From contig JAKPNH010000007.1 of assembly GCA_029548485.1 (NCBI GenBank), forward strand, positions 28,706 to 92,705: 64,000 bases of DNA. The letters are read 5' to 3'. The stretch's first letter is position 1. Every line of letters begins with the position of its first letter. Of this stretch, positions 55,427-64,000 are shown in pieces. A program made the position numbers and the translations under genes. This DNA is from a bacterium. Lineage in GTDB: Bacteria; Patescibacteriota; Minisyncoccia; UBA6257; Colwellbacteraceae. The notes beneath the pieces are model-generated. The model made no database searches, was not told where the DNA came from, and saw only the letters and a program-made list of their open reading frames with translations.

Positions 55427-56528
55427 GGAAATCGTCGTTCCGGCGTGCATGCTTGCGTCCTTGATTATCGGCGCCGGCATGTTTTCTTTGCCGTACGTGA
55501 CGAGCCGTTCCGGCATTTTGGCCGGGCTTTTTTATCTTTTGGCGTTCACCGGAGTCATGTCTTTGATCCACGTTTTCTACGGAGACATCGTCATCGCGGA
55601 CAAGTCCGGTCGCCGTTTCGCGAGCCAGAGCCGGCATTATCTGGGCCGAAAGGGATTCTTGATCGGAGCGGTTTCTCTGGTCGCGGGCACGACCCTCGCC
55701 CTGACGATCTATTTGATTCTCGCCGAAGGTTTCGCGAAGCTGATGTTTCCCGGCTTTTCTGTCTCCGTGATTTTGTTTTGGGTTTTGGGAAGCGCGGGCA
55801 TCGCCCTAGGGATCAAAGGAATCGCCGGGCTTAACAACCTGCTGACGCTTTTCATGGTTTTACTCGCGGGAACGGTGGCCTTCTTCGGATTGAAAACCGG
55901 CGCCGGTTTTTGGCGAAGCGTTCCTCTCTGGCCAAGAGGCGACATTGCACTCTGGCTTTTGCCGATCGGGCCTTTTCTTTTTTCTTTGAGCGGACGCGGA
56001 GCCATCGCCTCGATCGAGGATTATTTCGAGGCAAACCGACTGGATATCAGAAAAATGAAAAAAGCGATTGTTTGGGGGACTTTAGGCGCGGCCGCGGTCT
56101 ACCTTTTGTTCATCGTCGGCATGCTGGGAATCACCGCCGGCGCTCCGGCAAGGGACATCATGATCGATTTGGCTCTTTTGCCGGGTTATCTGAAGCTTCT
56201 CGTCGCCGGGCTCGGCCTGATCGCCGTTTTCACCTCCTATGTTTTCCTCGGCCTCGAATTGAAAATGGTTTTGGAAAAAGATTTCCGTCTCCGCGGAAAT
56301 GCGGCTTTGGCCGCAGTGGTCGTTGCGCCGATCGCGATTTATTTTGCGGCGAGCCGCGACCTCGTCAGCCTGATTTCCGTGGCCGGCGGGGTTTTCATCG
56401 CCCTCGAAAGCGCGATCGTCATTTTGATGTGGGAGAAGTTGAAATCCAAGAGATTCTGGCTGAATCGGTTGATCGTTTTCGCGTTCGTCGTCGGAGCTTT
56501 GTACGAGATCTTCAAAAGAACGATTTGA
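55404..56528 (+). CDS. amino acid permease (APC superfamily; Trp/Tyr permease-like)
   Basis: About 11 TM helices. N-terminal IIGAGMFSLPY motif resembles the aromatic amino-acid permease family. Confidence 0.5.
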   Translation: MKFSRSYKEIVVPACMLASLIIGAGMFSLPYVTSRSGILAGLFYLLAFTGVMSLIHVFYGDIVIADKSGRRFASQSRHYLGRKGFLIGAVSLVAGTTLALTIYLILAEGFAKLMFPGFSVSVILFWVLGSAGIALGIKGIAGLNNLLTLFMVLLAGTVAFFGLKTGAGFWRSVPLWPRGDIALWLLPIGPFLFSLSGRGAIASIEDYFEANRLDIRKMKKAIVWGTLGAAAVYLLFIVGMLGITAGAPARDIMIDLALLPGYLKLLVAGLGLIAVFTSYVFLGLELKMVLEKDFRLRGNAALAAVVVAPIAIYFAASRDLVSLISVAGGVFIALESAIVILMWEKLKSKRFWLNRLIVFAFVVGALYEIFKRTI

Positions 56529-56569
56529 ATTGCCGGTTTTCCAAACTCACCGTATAATCCTCTTGTTCC

Positions 56570-56641
56570 GCCTCGGTAGTTCAATGGATAGAATGCGGGC
56601 CTCCGAAGCCTGCGATGAAGGTTCGATTCCCTCCCGAGGCA
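56570..56641 (+). tRNA. tRNA-Arg (anticodon CCG)
   Basis: Acceptor GCCTCGG pairs with CCGAGGC. D-arm GTTC/AATGGAT/GAAT, anticodon loop CTCCGAA, T-loop TTCGATT. Confidence 0.8.
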
Positions 56642-56685
56642 CAAATCGTGTTCCCTAAATTATCTTTCTTATCTATACTTAACCT

Positions 56686-58365
56686 ATGCTTTTTACGGAA
56701 ATAGTTTTGGCGATCGTCCTCGCTTCGCTCTTGGGGATTCTGATGACGCTTTTGAAACAGCCTTCGGTTTTGGGATATATCCTGGCCGGAGCGATCATCG
56801 GCATTTTCGGGTTCGTCAGCCCCGGATCGCTCGACGTCATTTCCTCCCTCGCTTCGATCGGCATCGCCTTCCTGCTATTCATGGTGGGGCTCGAGATGAA
56901 CCTGGAGAAGATCAGGCATCTCGGGAAAGACATCATCCTTCTTGGAACCCTGCAGACCATTTTCGTGGTCATTCTGGGATTTTTCGTGAGCCGATTCATC
57001 GGATTCGGCACGATTCCGGCGATTTATATCGCCTTCAGCCTGTCTTTTTCTTCGACCATCATCATCGTCAAGCTCCTTTCTGAGAAGAAAGATTTGAACA
57101 GCCTTTACGGCCGGCTGGTCGTCGGCTGCATGATCTTCGAGGATTTTCTGGCCATTCTCATGATCATTTTCCTCGAGGGAGTGGGGGCTTCGTCTGGAAC
57201 GAGCTTCGGCGGAGATTTCGCCATCACCATTTTGAAGGGCGCGGCTCTTTTTATAGGGACAATTCTCCTTTCCAGGTTCATGCCCAAAGTCTTGGATTAT
57301 TTCGGCGCCAAAAGCGAGACGCTTTTCCTTTTCAGTTTGGCTTGGGGTTTGGGCATCGCCGCCCTGATGGATCTGCCGGCGATCGGCCTCGGAATCGTCG
57401 TCGGGGGGTTCTTGGCCGGACTTAGCCTCGCCAGTTCGGCCGAACGCTACGGGATCTCCGGGAAAATCCGCTGGATAAGGGATCTCTTCGTTCTCCTTTT
57501 CTTCGTTTGGCTCGGCAGCCAGATGAATCTGAGCTTGAACGGAGAAATCCTCTGGCGAGCCGGGATCTTTTCCGCTTTTGTCCTCGTTGTTTGTCCGATC
57601 ATCTCCATGTTCGTTGTTTCGGCTCTCGGCTACAAAAGCCGAACGGCCTTTTTCGTGGGCTTGACCGCCGCCCAAATTTCCGAGTTCAGCCTGGTGGTGG
57701 CGATGAAAGGATTCGAGCTCGGGCACCTCAGCCAGAACGACGTGAGCGTCATGGTGATCGTCGCCGTCGTCACCATCATCGGTTCGTCCTATTACGTGAT
57801 GCACGGAGAAAAACTTTACGCTTTGTTCAAAAAACCCTTGAAAGCGTTGGAATTCAGGAAAGTCCGCGAATCCGCGGTCGCGGGGCCTGTCGAAGGATAC
57901 AAAGACCACATCATTCTGATCGGCGGCCATCGCCTGGGAGAAAACATCGTCAAGTCCTTGATCGACATCGGCGAGGATTTCGTGGTCATCGATTTCGATC
58001 CGCAGATCGTCAATTCCCTTAAAAGCCGGGGGCTCAGGGTCATTTACGGAGACATCGCCGAGGACGACGTGCGGGAAGCGGCCGGATTCCAGAATGCGAG
58101 GCTCGTCATCTCGACCGCCCCTTTGTTCGAAGACAACATCGTGGTCCTCGAGACGGCCCATCGGAGCAACCCCAAGGCCCAGGTAATCTTGAGGGCGGAG
58201 AGCGACGCCGACGCCAAAGCCTTGTACGACCGCGGCGCCGATTACGTCATTTCGCCCTATTTCCTCGGCGGAGAATATCTGGGTAAAATACTCGGAGAAG
58301 ACAAATCCTGCCGCAAGTTGGCGGCGGTCAAAGAAAAAGACATCGAGCTTTTGAAAAGCCGTTAA
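56686..58365 (+). CDS. monovalent cation:proton antiporter-2 (CPA2, Kef-type) with C-terminal RCK/TrkA-N domain
   Basis: Twelve-TM Na+/H+-exchanger core and an RCK domain with a Rossmann motif (IILIGGHRLGENIVKSL...VIDFD). Confidence 0.8.
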   Translation: MLFTEIVLAIVLASLLGILMTLLKQPSVLGYILAGAIIGIFGFVSPGSLDVISSLASIGIAFLLFMVGLEMNLEKIRHLGKDIILLGTLQTIFVVILGFFVSRFIGFGTIPAIYIAFSLSFSSTIIIVKLLSEKKDLNSLYGRLVVGCMIFEDFLAILMIIFLEGVGASSGTSFGGDFAITILKGAALFIGTILLSRFMPKVLDYFGAKSETLFLFSLAWGLGIAALMDLPAIGLGIVVGGFLAGLSLASSAERYGISGKIRWIRDLFVLLFFVWLGSQMNLSLNGEILWRAGIFSAFVLVVCPIISMFVVSALGYKSRTAFFVGLTAAQISEFSLVVAMKGFELGHLSQNDVSVMVIVAVVTIIGSSYYVMHGEKLYALFKKPLKALEFRKVRESAVAGPVEGYKDHIILIGGHRLGENIVKSLIDIGEDFVVIDFDPQIVNSLKSRGLRVIYGDIAEDDVREAAGFQNARLVISTAPLFEDNIVVLETAHRSNPKAQVILRAESDADAKALYDRGADYVISPYFLGGEYLGKILGEDKSCRKLAAVKEKDIELLKSR

Positions 58366-58369
58366 ACAA

Positions 58370-59603
58370 ATGCGATTCATAGCGGATTTACATATACATT
58401 CTTCTTTTTCCCGGGCGGTTTCGCGGGACATGACTTTGGACAACCTCGACGTCTGGGGAAAGAAAAAAGGCCTCAAGGTCATCGGCACGGGCGATTTCAC
58501 CCATCCCCGCTGGTTTGCCGACATCGAAAGCCTTCTTGTTCCGGCCGAGCCCGGGCTTTTCAGATTGAAGTCCGGAGACAGCGGAACCAGGTTTTTGCTA
58601 ACGACCGAAATCTCGAGCATCTATTCGAGGGGCGGAGCCACCCGCCGGGTCCATAACTTGGTTTTCGCTCCGGACATGGGAACGGTCCGGAAAATAAACG
58701 AGAATCTGGTCAGGCGCGGGGCGAACCTCATTTCCGACGGCCGCCCGATAATCGGGCTCGACTCCGAAGAGCTTTTGAAAATAGTCTTGGGTGTGAACCC
58801 CGAGGCGGCTTTTGTTCCGGCCCACGCCTGGACACCCTGGTTTTCGGTTTTCGGATCCATGTCTGGATTCGATTCGCTCGAAGAAACTTTCGGCGAAGAG
58901 ACCAAGAACATTTTCGCCATCGAAACCGGACTCTCGAGCGATCCGGCCATGAACTGGAGGCTTTCCAACTTAGATAATATTTCTTTGATTTCCAATTCGG
59001 ATTCGCATTCTCTCCAACGCCTCGGCCGGGAGGCCAATGTTTTCGACACCGATCTTTCTTATAAAGGGGATCATGGAAGCCATTAAAAACCGCGACAGAT
59101 CCAAATTCTTGGCGACCATCGAGTTTTTTCCGGAAGAGGGGAAATACCATTTCGACGGCCATCGGAATTGCGGAGTTTCTTTGTCTCCGGAAGAAACGCT
59201 GAAGCTCGGCGGCAAATGTCCGGTCTGCAGCAAGCCTCTGACCATCGGCGTTTTGAACCGCGTTCACAAGCTGGCCGATAGGCCGAACGGATACGTCGAC
59301 GAAAAAAAGGTGCCCTACAAGAGCCTGATACCGCTCGACGAAATCATCGCCGAAGCTTACGGAGTGGGCACGTCTTCCAAAAAAGTGAAAGAAGAATACG
59401 AGCGGATCGTTTCCGTTGTTGCTCCCGAGCTCGAGATTTTGATGGACAAATCCGAAGCCGAGCTTTTTTCCGCCATCGATTCGAAGATAGCCGAAGGCAT
59501 CATGAAAGTGAGGCGGGGCGAAGTGGAAATCGCTCCCGGATACGACGGCGAATACGGTAAAATCAAGATCTTCAAAGAGGAAAGGGTAAACTCGCTTTTT
59601 TAG
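58370..59603 (+). pseudogene. endonuclease Q-like gene (PHP domain + zinc finger) interrupted by a frameshift
   Basis: ORF 58370-59086 (ADLHIHSSFSRAVSRDM ... KGLKVIGTGDFTHPRW, PHP/EndoQ-like N-terminus) and ORF 59037-59603 (CxxC zinc-finger region GKCPVCSKPL ... PGYDGEYGKI) are in different frames and overlap by 50 nt. The junction lies at the run ATAAAGGGG around 59060-59075. Confidence 0.45.
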
Positions 59604-59641
59604 CCTCGGCGGAGTTTTCGGGGTATACTGAAACCATAAAC

Positions 59642-60007
59642 ATGGATTGGATTTTCTATTTTGTCCGGCTGTTTTTCGTAAGGATCGGGGATTTTTTGAG
59701 GCATTGGTATATTTCGTCTTTTTATCTTCTCGCCGATTGGACCGTCAAATTCCTCGAATGGCTCGATCGGTCGCTCGCCTTGAAGGTGACGGCCCGCTAC
59801 TGGCTCCACCCCCTTTACCAGGAGAGAAACGTTCTCGGATACCTTGTCGGCTTTGTGGTGAGGACAATAAGGATCGTTTTTGCGGTTATCGTCTACTCTT
59901 TCGTCATCGTGTTCGCCGCGGTCGTTTATCTCGCTTGGGCGGCCGTTCCCTTGTGGTTGGTTTATAAAACTTTAGAAGCCTATGGAATCAAGACAGACAT
60001 ATTTTAA
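59642..60007 (+). CDS. hypothetical membrane protein (3 TM)
   Basis: 121 aa, hydrophobic. Overlaps the start of the ClpC-like ORF. Confidence 0.35.
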   Translation: MDWIFYFVRLFFVRIGDFLRHWYISSFYLLADWTVKFLEWLDRSLALKVTARYWLHPLYQERNVLGYLVGFVVRTIRIVFAVIVYSFVIVFAAVVYLAWAAVPLWLVYKTLEAYGIKTDIF

Positions 60008-62489
60008 CGAGCCATTCTTGCGGCTTAGCGTCATCGGCCAGAGCCTGGTCAAGGTGTTTCGTTTCGCGGCCACTTTGGTTTTTTCCGCGGCCGCTTTCAT
60101 TTTCATTCTGTCCAAGGTGCCTGAGCTTTTCTGGCCGGGCATAATCCTCGCGCTTTATCTCGCGAGTTCTTTCCTACGCCAGGATTCGGGCAGGCGCGAG
60201 CTCACGAGGCTGCCCCAAAAAGGCAGGATCAACGCCGCCGATTATTTGTCGCCATCGAGCCTCGACGCTTTGTCCGACGCCTTGAGGAAACAGCAGGTTA
60301 TGTCAGGAGACTACGATCTCTGGCTCGCCAAGTCGCTTTTCGAGTTCCCGGAGGTCATCTGGGCTTTCGAGAGGCTCGACGTCGAGCCGGCGGAAGTGAT
60401 CCAAAAGATAAACGACCACCTGGCCCGCGAGCCGAAACCGAAACAAACCCGGGAAGAAGTCGATAAGAGGATCGAAGAAATCGTCATGCGGGCTTTCGAG
60501 AAGTCGATCGACGAGGTGAGCAATTACGTGATGCCGGTCGACGTGATGTGGGCGCTCGCCACGATATCGGAAAATTGCTCGAAAATCTGCGCTTTGTTCG
60601 GCATCGATTCCGAAGATCTCGACGAGGCCCTGATCTTCGGCCGCGTCAAGAAGGTCTTCAAAAGAAAAACCGGCGGCATTTCCATCACCATCGGCGGCTT
60701 GGCCGGACAAATGTCCGGAGTGAGGCATCGCACGGTGAACCGCTCCTGGACTTCGAGGCCGACGCCGACCCTCGATATGTTCGGAACGGATTTCACGGAT
60801 ATCGCCCGAGCCGGGCAGACCGGATTCCTCATCGGACACGAGCGGGTTTACCAGCGGATGGTGAATGTCCTCGGTCGCGGCAGCCGGCCGAACGCGCTCC
60901 TTTTGGGTCTTCCCGGAGTCGGCAAGGAAACGATCGTCGGGCACCTGGCTTACATGATCACGCGCGACAAAGTGCCGCTCGCTTTATTCGACAAAAGACT
61001 CGTTTCCTTGGACGTTTCCAGCCTGGTTTCTAACGCCGACCAGCCGGAGCTCCAGCGACGGATCAATCAGATTTTCCACGAGATCCAGATGGCGGGAAAC
61101 ATCATCTTATACATTCCGAACATCCACAATCTGAGCCGTACTTCGGGCGAGCGCCAGCTTTCGGCGGCGAACATCATCCTGCCGCTCATCATCGCCAACG
61201 ATTTCCCGACCATCGGCGCGACCGGCCCCCAGGAATACCGCGAATACGTCGAAAAAGACAGCGCTTTCATGGACGCTTTCGAGACGATCAGGGTGGAGGA
61301 GATATCCGAAGACGAAGCGGTGAGGTTTCTCATCTACGACATGCTGATGTCGGAGAAGAACAACCGGACGATGATCAGCCTCGGCGCCATCAAGACGGCC
61401 GTCGCCTTGAGCCGCAAGTATTTCCGGGAAAAACCCTTGCCTTCTTCGGCTTCGGATTTGCTCCACGAAGCCTGGGCCTGGGCTTTGGAAAACAAGGTGA
61501 AAAGATTGACGTCGGAGATGATCGTCAAGATCGCCGAGCAGAAGACCAATATCCCGGTGCGGAAAGCCGGCAGAGAAGAAGCCGAGCAGCTTTTGAACAT
61601 AGAAAGCCTTATCCACCAAAGGCTCGTCGACCAAGACGAGGCCGTGTCGGCGGTCGGCCGCTCACTCCGTGAATACCGGAGCGGGCTTTCTCGCAAAGGA
61701 GGCCCGATCGCCGCTTTTCTTTTCGTCGGTCCGACCGGCGTCGGCAAGACCGAACTCGCCAAGATCCTCTCGGAGATCCAATTCGGTTCCGAAGACGCCA
61801 TGGTCCGGGTCGACATGTCCGAGTATCAGGACGAATCGAGCTACGGCCGGTTGATCGGCGCGAGCGGCGGAAACATGGGCGGAATGCTTACCGATCCGGT
61901 GAGGCAAAAACCCTACAGCCTGGTTTTGCTCGACGAGTTCGAAAAAGCCCATCCGGACGTTTTGAATCTTTTCCTGCAGATTTTCGACGACGGCCGCGTC
62001 ACCGACGCCCTGGGCCGGGTGGTCGATTTCGAGAACACCATCATCATCGCCACCTCGAATGCCCACTCCACCTTCATCAAGAATTCCATCGACGAGGGTA
62101 AAACCATGGCCATGATTACCGACGAGCTTAAAAGGAAGCTGGTCGATTATTTCAAGCCCGAGCTTCTGAACCGTTTTTCCGAGATCGTCGTTTTCAAATC
62201 CCTTTCGGAAAAAGACGTGGAAGCGATCGCTGGACTCCAATTAAGCTCCCTAGCCAAGTCTTTGGACGAAAGCCAAGGCATATCCATGCGTTTCGAGGAA
62301 GCGGCGGTGAAAGAAATCGCGAGACTCGGATACGATCCGGCTTTCGGCGCGAGGCCTCTCCGGGAAACGATTTCCAAACACATCAAGTCGCCCATTGCCG
62401 AAAAAATCCTCAAAGAGGAAATCAAAAGGGGATCCGAGGTCGCGGTCGGATTCGCAGAGGGCGGATTCAAGTTTGATATAATTAAATGA
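59982..62489 (+). CDS. Clp/Hsp100-family AAA+ ATPase (ClpC/ClpB-like) with a hydrophobic N-terminal extension and an atypical D1 module
   Basis: The D2 module is canonical (FLFVGPTGVGKTELAK, LVLLDEFEKAHPDV, sensor-2 region). The D1 Walker A reads GLPGVGKETIVGHLA, with an inserted Glu. The D1 Walker B is replaced by ILYIPNIH. The first 60 aa contain two predicted TM segments. Confidence 0.8.
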   Translation: MESRQTYFNEPFLRLSVIGQSLVKVFRFAATLVFSAAAFIFILSKVPELFWPGIILALYLASSFLRQDSGRRELTRLPQKGRINAADYLSPSSLDALSDALRKQQVMSGDYDLWLAKSLFEFPEVIWAFERLDVEPAEVIQKINDHLAREPKPKQTREEVDKRIEEIVMRAFEKSIDEVSNYVMPVDVMWALATISENCSKICALFGIDSEDLDEALIFGRVKKVFKRKTGGISITIGGLAGQMSGVRHRTVNRSWTSRPTPTLDMFGTDFTDIARAGQTGFLIGHERVYQRMVNVLGRGSRPNALLLGLPGVGKETIVGHLAYMITRDKVPLALFDKRLVSLDVSSLVSNADQPELQRRINQIFHEIQMAGNIILYIPNIHNLSRTSGERQLSAANIILPLIIANDFPTIGATGPQEYREYVEKDSAFMDAFETIRVEEISEDEAVRFLIYDMLMSEKNNRTMISLGAIKTAVALSRKYFREKPLPSSASDLLHEAWAWALENKVKRLTSEMIVKIAEQKTNIPVRKAGREEAEQLLNIESLIHQRLVDQDEAVSAVGRSLREYRSGLSRKGGPIAAFLFVGPTGVGKTELAKILSEIQFGSEDAMVRVDMSEYQDESSYGRLIGASGGNMGGMLTDPVRQKPYSLVLLDEFEKAHPDVLNLFLQIFDDGRVTDALGRVVDFENTIIIATSNAHSTFIKNSIDEGKTMAMITDELKRKLVDYFKPELLNRFSEIVVFKSLSEKDVEAIAGLQLSSLAKSLDESQGISMRFEEAAVKEIARLGYDPAFGARPLRETISKHIKSPIAEKILKEEIKRGSEVAVGFAEGGFKFDIIK

Positions 62490-62493
62490 TTTT

Positions 62494-63147
62494 ATGAATA
62501 TTTTCAAGAGATTCCGCATCAACCGCGTCATCAGGTCGTTCATCATCTCCGATCTGGTGCTTTTCAGCGGCTGGGGGATGATTTCCCCGCTTTTTTCCAT
62601 TTTCGTCACCGGTCAGGTCCAAGGCGCGACCCTGGAGACGGTCGGAGTGACCACCGCCATTTATTGGCTGGTCCGATCGATCGCCCAGATGCCGCTCGCG
62701 ACGGCGCTCGATAAGATCAAAGGCGAGAAAGACGATTTTTACACCCTGATTGCCGGACTGGTTTTGGTTTCCATTTCTTCTTTCTTGTATGTTTTCGTAA
62801 AGACCGTTCCCCAGCTTTACACAATCCACGCTTTCCAGGCGCTCGCTTTCGCTTTCTACGCGCCTTCCTGGTCCGGCATATTTTCGAGGCACATCGACAA
62901 AGACAAGGCGGCTGTCACCTGGTCCATCGAGCACGCTTTTTTGGGAGTCGCCTCGGGGATCTCCGGTTATTTCGGAAGCGTCATCGTCGCCAATTTCGGA
63001 TACCAAGCGGTTTTTATCGTGGCCTCGATCCTTTCTCTGATCGCGGCCATCGTTATCTTCCTCATTCCGGATATTGTTTTCCCCCGTCCGAAAAGAAAAG
63101 GATTTTCGCCGGAAATGAGGAACCATTCGGTGAAAACGATTCAATGA
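62494..63147 (+). CDS. six-TM membrane protein (MFS-like half transporter), hypothetical
   Basis: 217 aa with six hydrophobic helices. There is a 4-nt overlap with the next gene. Confidence 0.4.
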   Translation: MNIFKRFRINRVIRSFIISDLVLFSGWGMISPLFSIFVTGQVQGATLETVGVTTAIYWLVRSIAQMPLATALDKIKGEKDDFYTLIAGLVLVSISSFLYVFVKTVPQLYTIHAFQALAFAFYAPSWSGIFSRHIDKDKAAVTWSIEHAFLGVASGISGYFGSVIVANFGYQAVFIVASILSLIAAIVIFLIPDIVFPRPKRKGFSPEMRNHSVKTIQ

Positions 63148-64000
63148 CGAACGAAGAAATAGCTCGCGTTTTCGGAGAGATCGGCGAGTATCTCGAAATG
63201 GCTGGTGTGGCTTTCAAGCCCCAGGCTTACAACCGGGCATCCGCCGTCATCGCCGGGCTCGAGGAAGACGTCGCTTCGATATACGAAAAAGGCGGCTTGA
63301 AGGCCCTGGAAGATATTCCCGGGGTGGGAAAATCCCTGGCTTTGAAAATCGAAGAGTATCTTAAAACCGGAAAAATCAAATATTACGAAAGCCTCAAGAA
63401 AAAGACCCCGGTTGACGTGTCTGAACTCACGAGGATCGAGGGCCTGGGCCCGCGGAAGATAAAGATCCTTTATAAGAAACTCGGAGTCAGGAACGTCGAC
63501 GATCTCGAGAAAGCGGCCTCGACCGGGAAAATAAGCAAGCTCGCCGGATTCGGAAAGAAAAGCGAAGAGAACATCCTGAAAGGCGTTTTTTTCGCCAAGA
63601 AGTTCCGCGGCCGCTACGTCCTGGGAGACAAGCTCCAATGGATCGAATCCGTGGCCAAGGATCTGAAAACCCTTAAAGAAATAAAAAAACTGGATGTCGC
63701 CGGATCGGTCAGGCGCCGGAAAGAAACCGTCGGCGACCTCGATATCTTGGCCGTTTCTTCCAAACCGAAGCCGGTGATGGATCATTTCGTGAGCCGGCCC
63801 TGGGTCATCAGGGTCTTGGGCAAGGGAGAGGCCAAGTCTTCGGTCAAGGCGGAAAACGGCATGGACGTCGATTTGAGGGTTTTGGAAGAGAAATCTTACG
63901 GAGCCGGACTTTTGTATTTCACCGGGAGCAAAGAGCACAATATCCGGCTCCGCGAGCTGGCCATCAAAAGAGGATTGAAGCTGAACGAATACGGCCTCTT
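63144..64000 (+). CDS. DNA polymerase X family protein (Pol beta-like; partial, runs off the window end)
   Basis: N-terminal 8-kDa/HhH region ([32 protein letters not shown]) and a nucleotidyltransferase motif ([17 protein letters not shown]). No stop codon occurs before the window end. Confidence 0.75.
   Translation, partial: MTNEEIARVFGEIGEYLEMAGVAFKPQAYNRASAVIAGLEEDVASIYEKGGLKALEDIPGVGKSLALKIEEYLKTGKIKYYESLKKKTPVDVSELTRIEGLGPRKIKILYKKLGVRNVDDLEKAASTGKISKLAGFGKKSEENILKGVFFAKKFRGRYVLGDKLQWIESVAKDLKTLKEIKKLDVAGSVRRRKETVGDLDILAVSSKPKPVMDHFVSRPWVIRVLGKGEAKSSVKAENGMDVDLRVLEEKSYGAGLLYFTGSKEHNIRLRELAIKRGLKLNEYGL

Noticed and set aside
63141-63938. 265-aa minus-strand ORF at the window end
   Set aside because: Antisense to the PolX-family gene, which has clear HhH and nucleotidyltransferase motifs.

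Overview
This window looks like a compact bacterial chromosome segment that includes the replication origin, with rpmH-rnpA-yidC-jag on one side and dnaA-dnaN on the other, and DnaA boxes in both flanking intergenic regions. It is dense in housekeeping genes. The protein-coding calls include tyrS, clpP, nusA, pnp, rpsO, gyrA, rpsA, ftsH, rpsT, holA-like, fpg, ruvA, ruvB, ruvC, yebC, a PBP1A, ksgA, pcrA, a PolX and a ClpC-like ATPase. There are 8 tRNAs, including a tRNA-Ile with a genomically encoded UAU anticodon. The small genome-style gene content (a standalone 5'-3' exonuclease, many short membrane proteins, type IV pilins and a diversity-generating retroelement) is compatible with a Patescibacteria/CPR-like organism; that assignment is inference only. 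The outstanding feature is a complete diversity-generating retroelement (DGR) on the minus strand at 19678-22953. It has a reverse transcriptase with the DGR-type I-G-x-x-x-S-Q motif and YMDD, a 117-bp template repeat, an Avd-like gene, and a target gene. The 3'-terminal 117 bp of the target (the variable repeat, VR) differs from the template repeat (TR) at 21 positions. Twenty of these fall on TR adenines, where the TR carries AAC codons, and the VR ends in ...GFRCAR. The target is an unusual fusion: a type IV prepilin N-terminus followed by a C-type-lectin/FGE-sulfatase-fold domain that carries the VR. A divergently oriented paralogous pilin carries a fibrinogen-related domain instead. The 1.5-kb intergenic region between the two pilin genes is packed with perfect palindromes: four copies of an 18-bp ATGTTTCACGTGAAACAT palindrome (three perfect, one 17/18), a 28-bp palindrome, a 20-bp palindrome and four copies of the 11-mer GGTCATGGCCG. 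The window also holds a type IV secretion-like cluster (VirB4-like ATPase, VirB6-like polytopic protein, VirB3-like protein, M23 peptidase), three tandem VirB2/TrbC-like small membrane protein paralogs next to a XerC/D-like recombinase, a PilB/GspE ATPase, and an EndoQ-like gene split by a frameshift.
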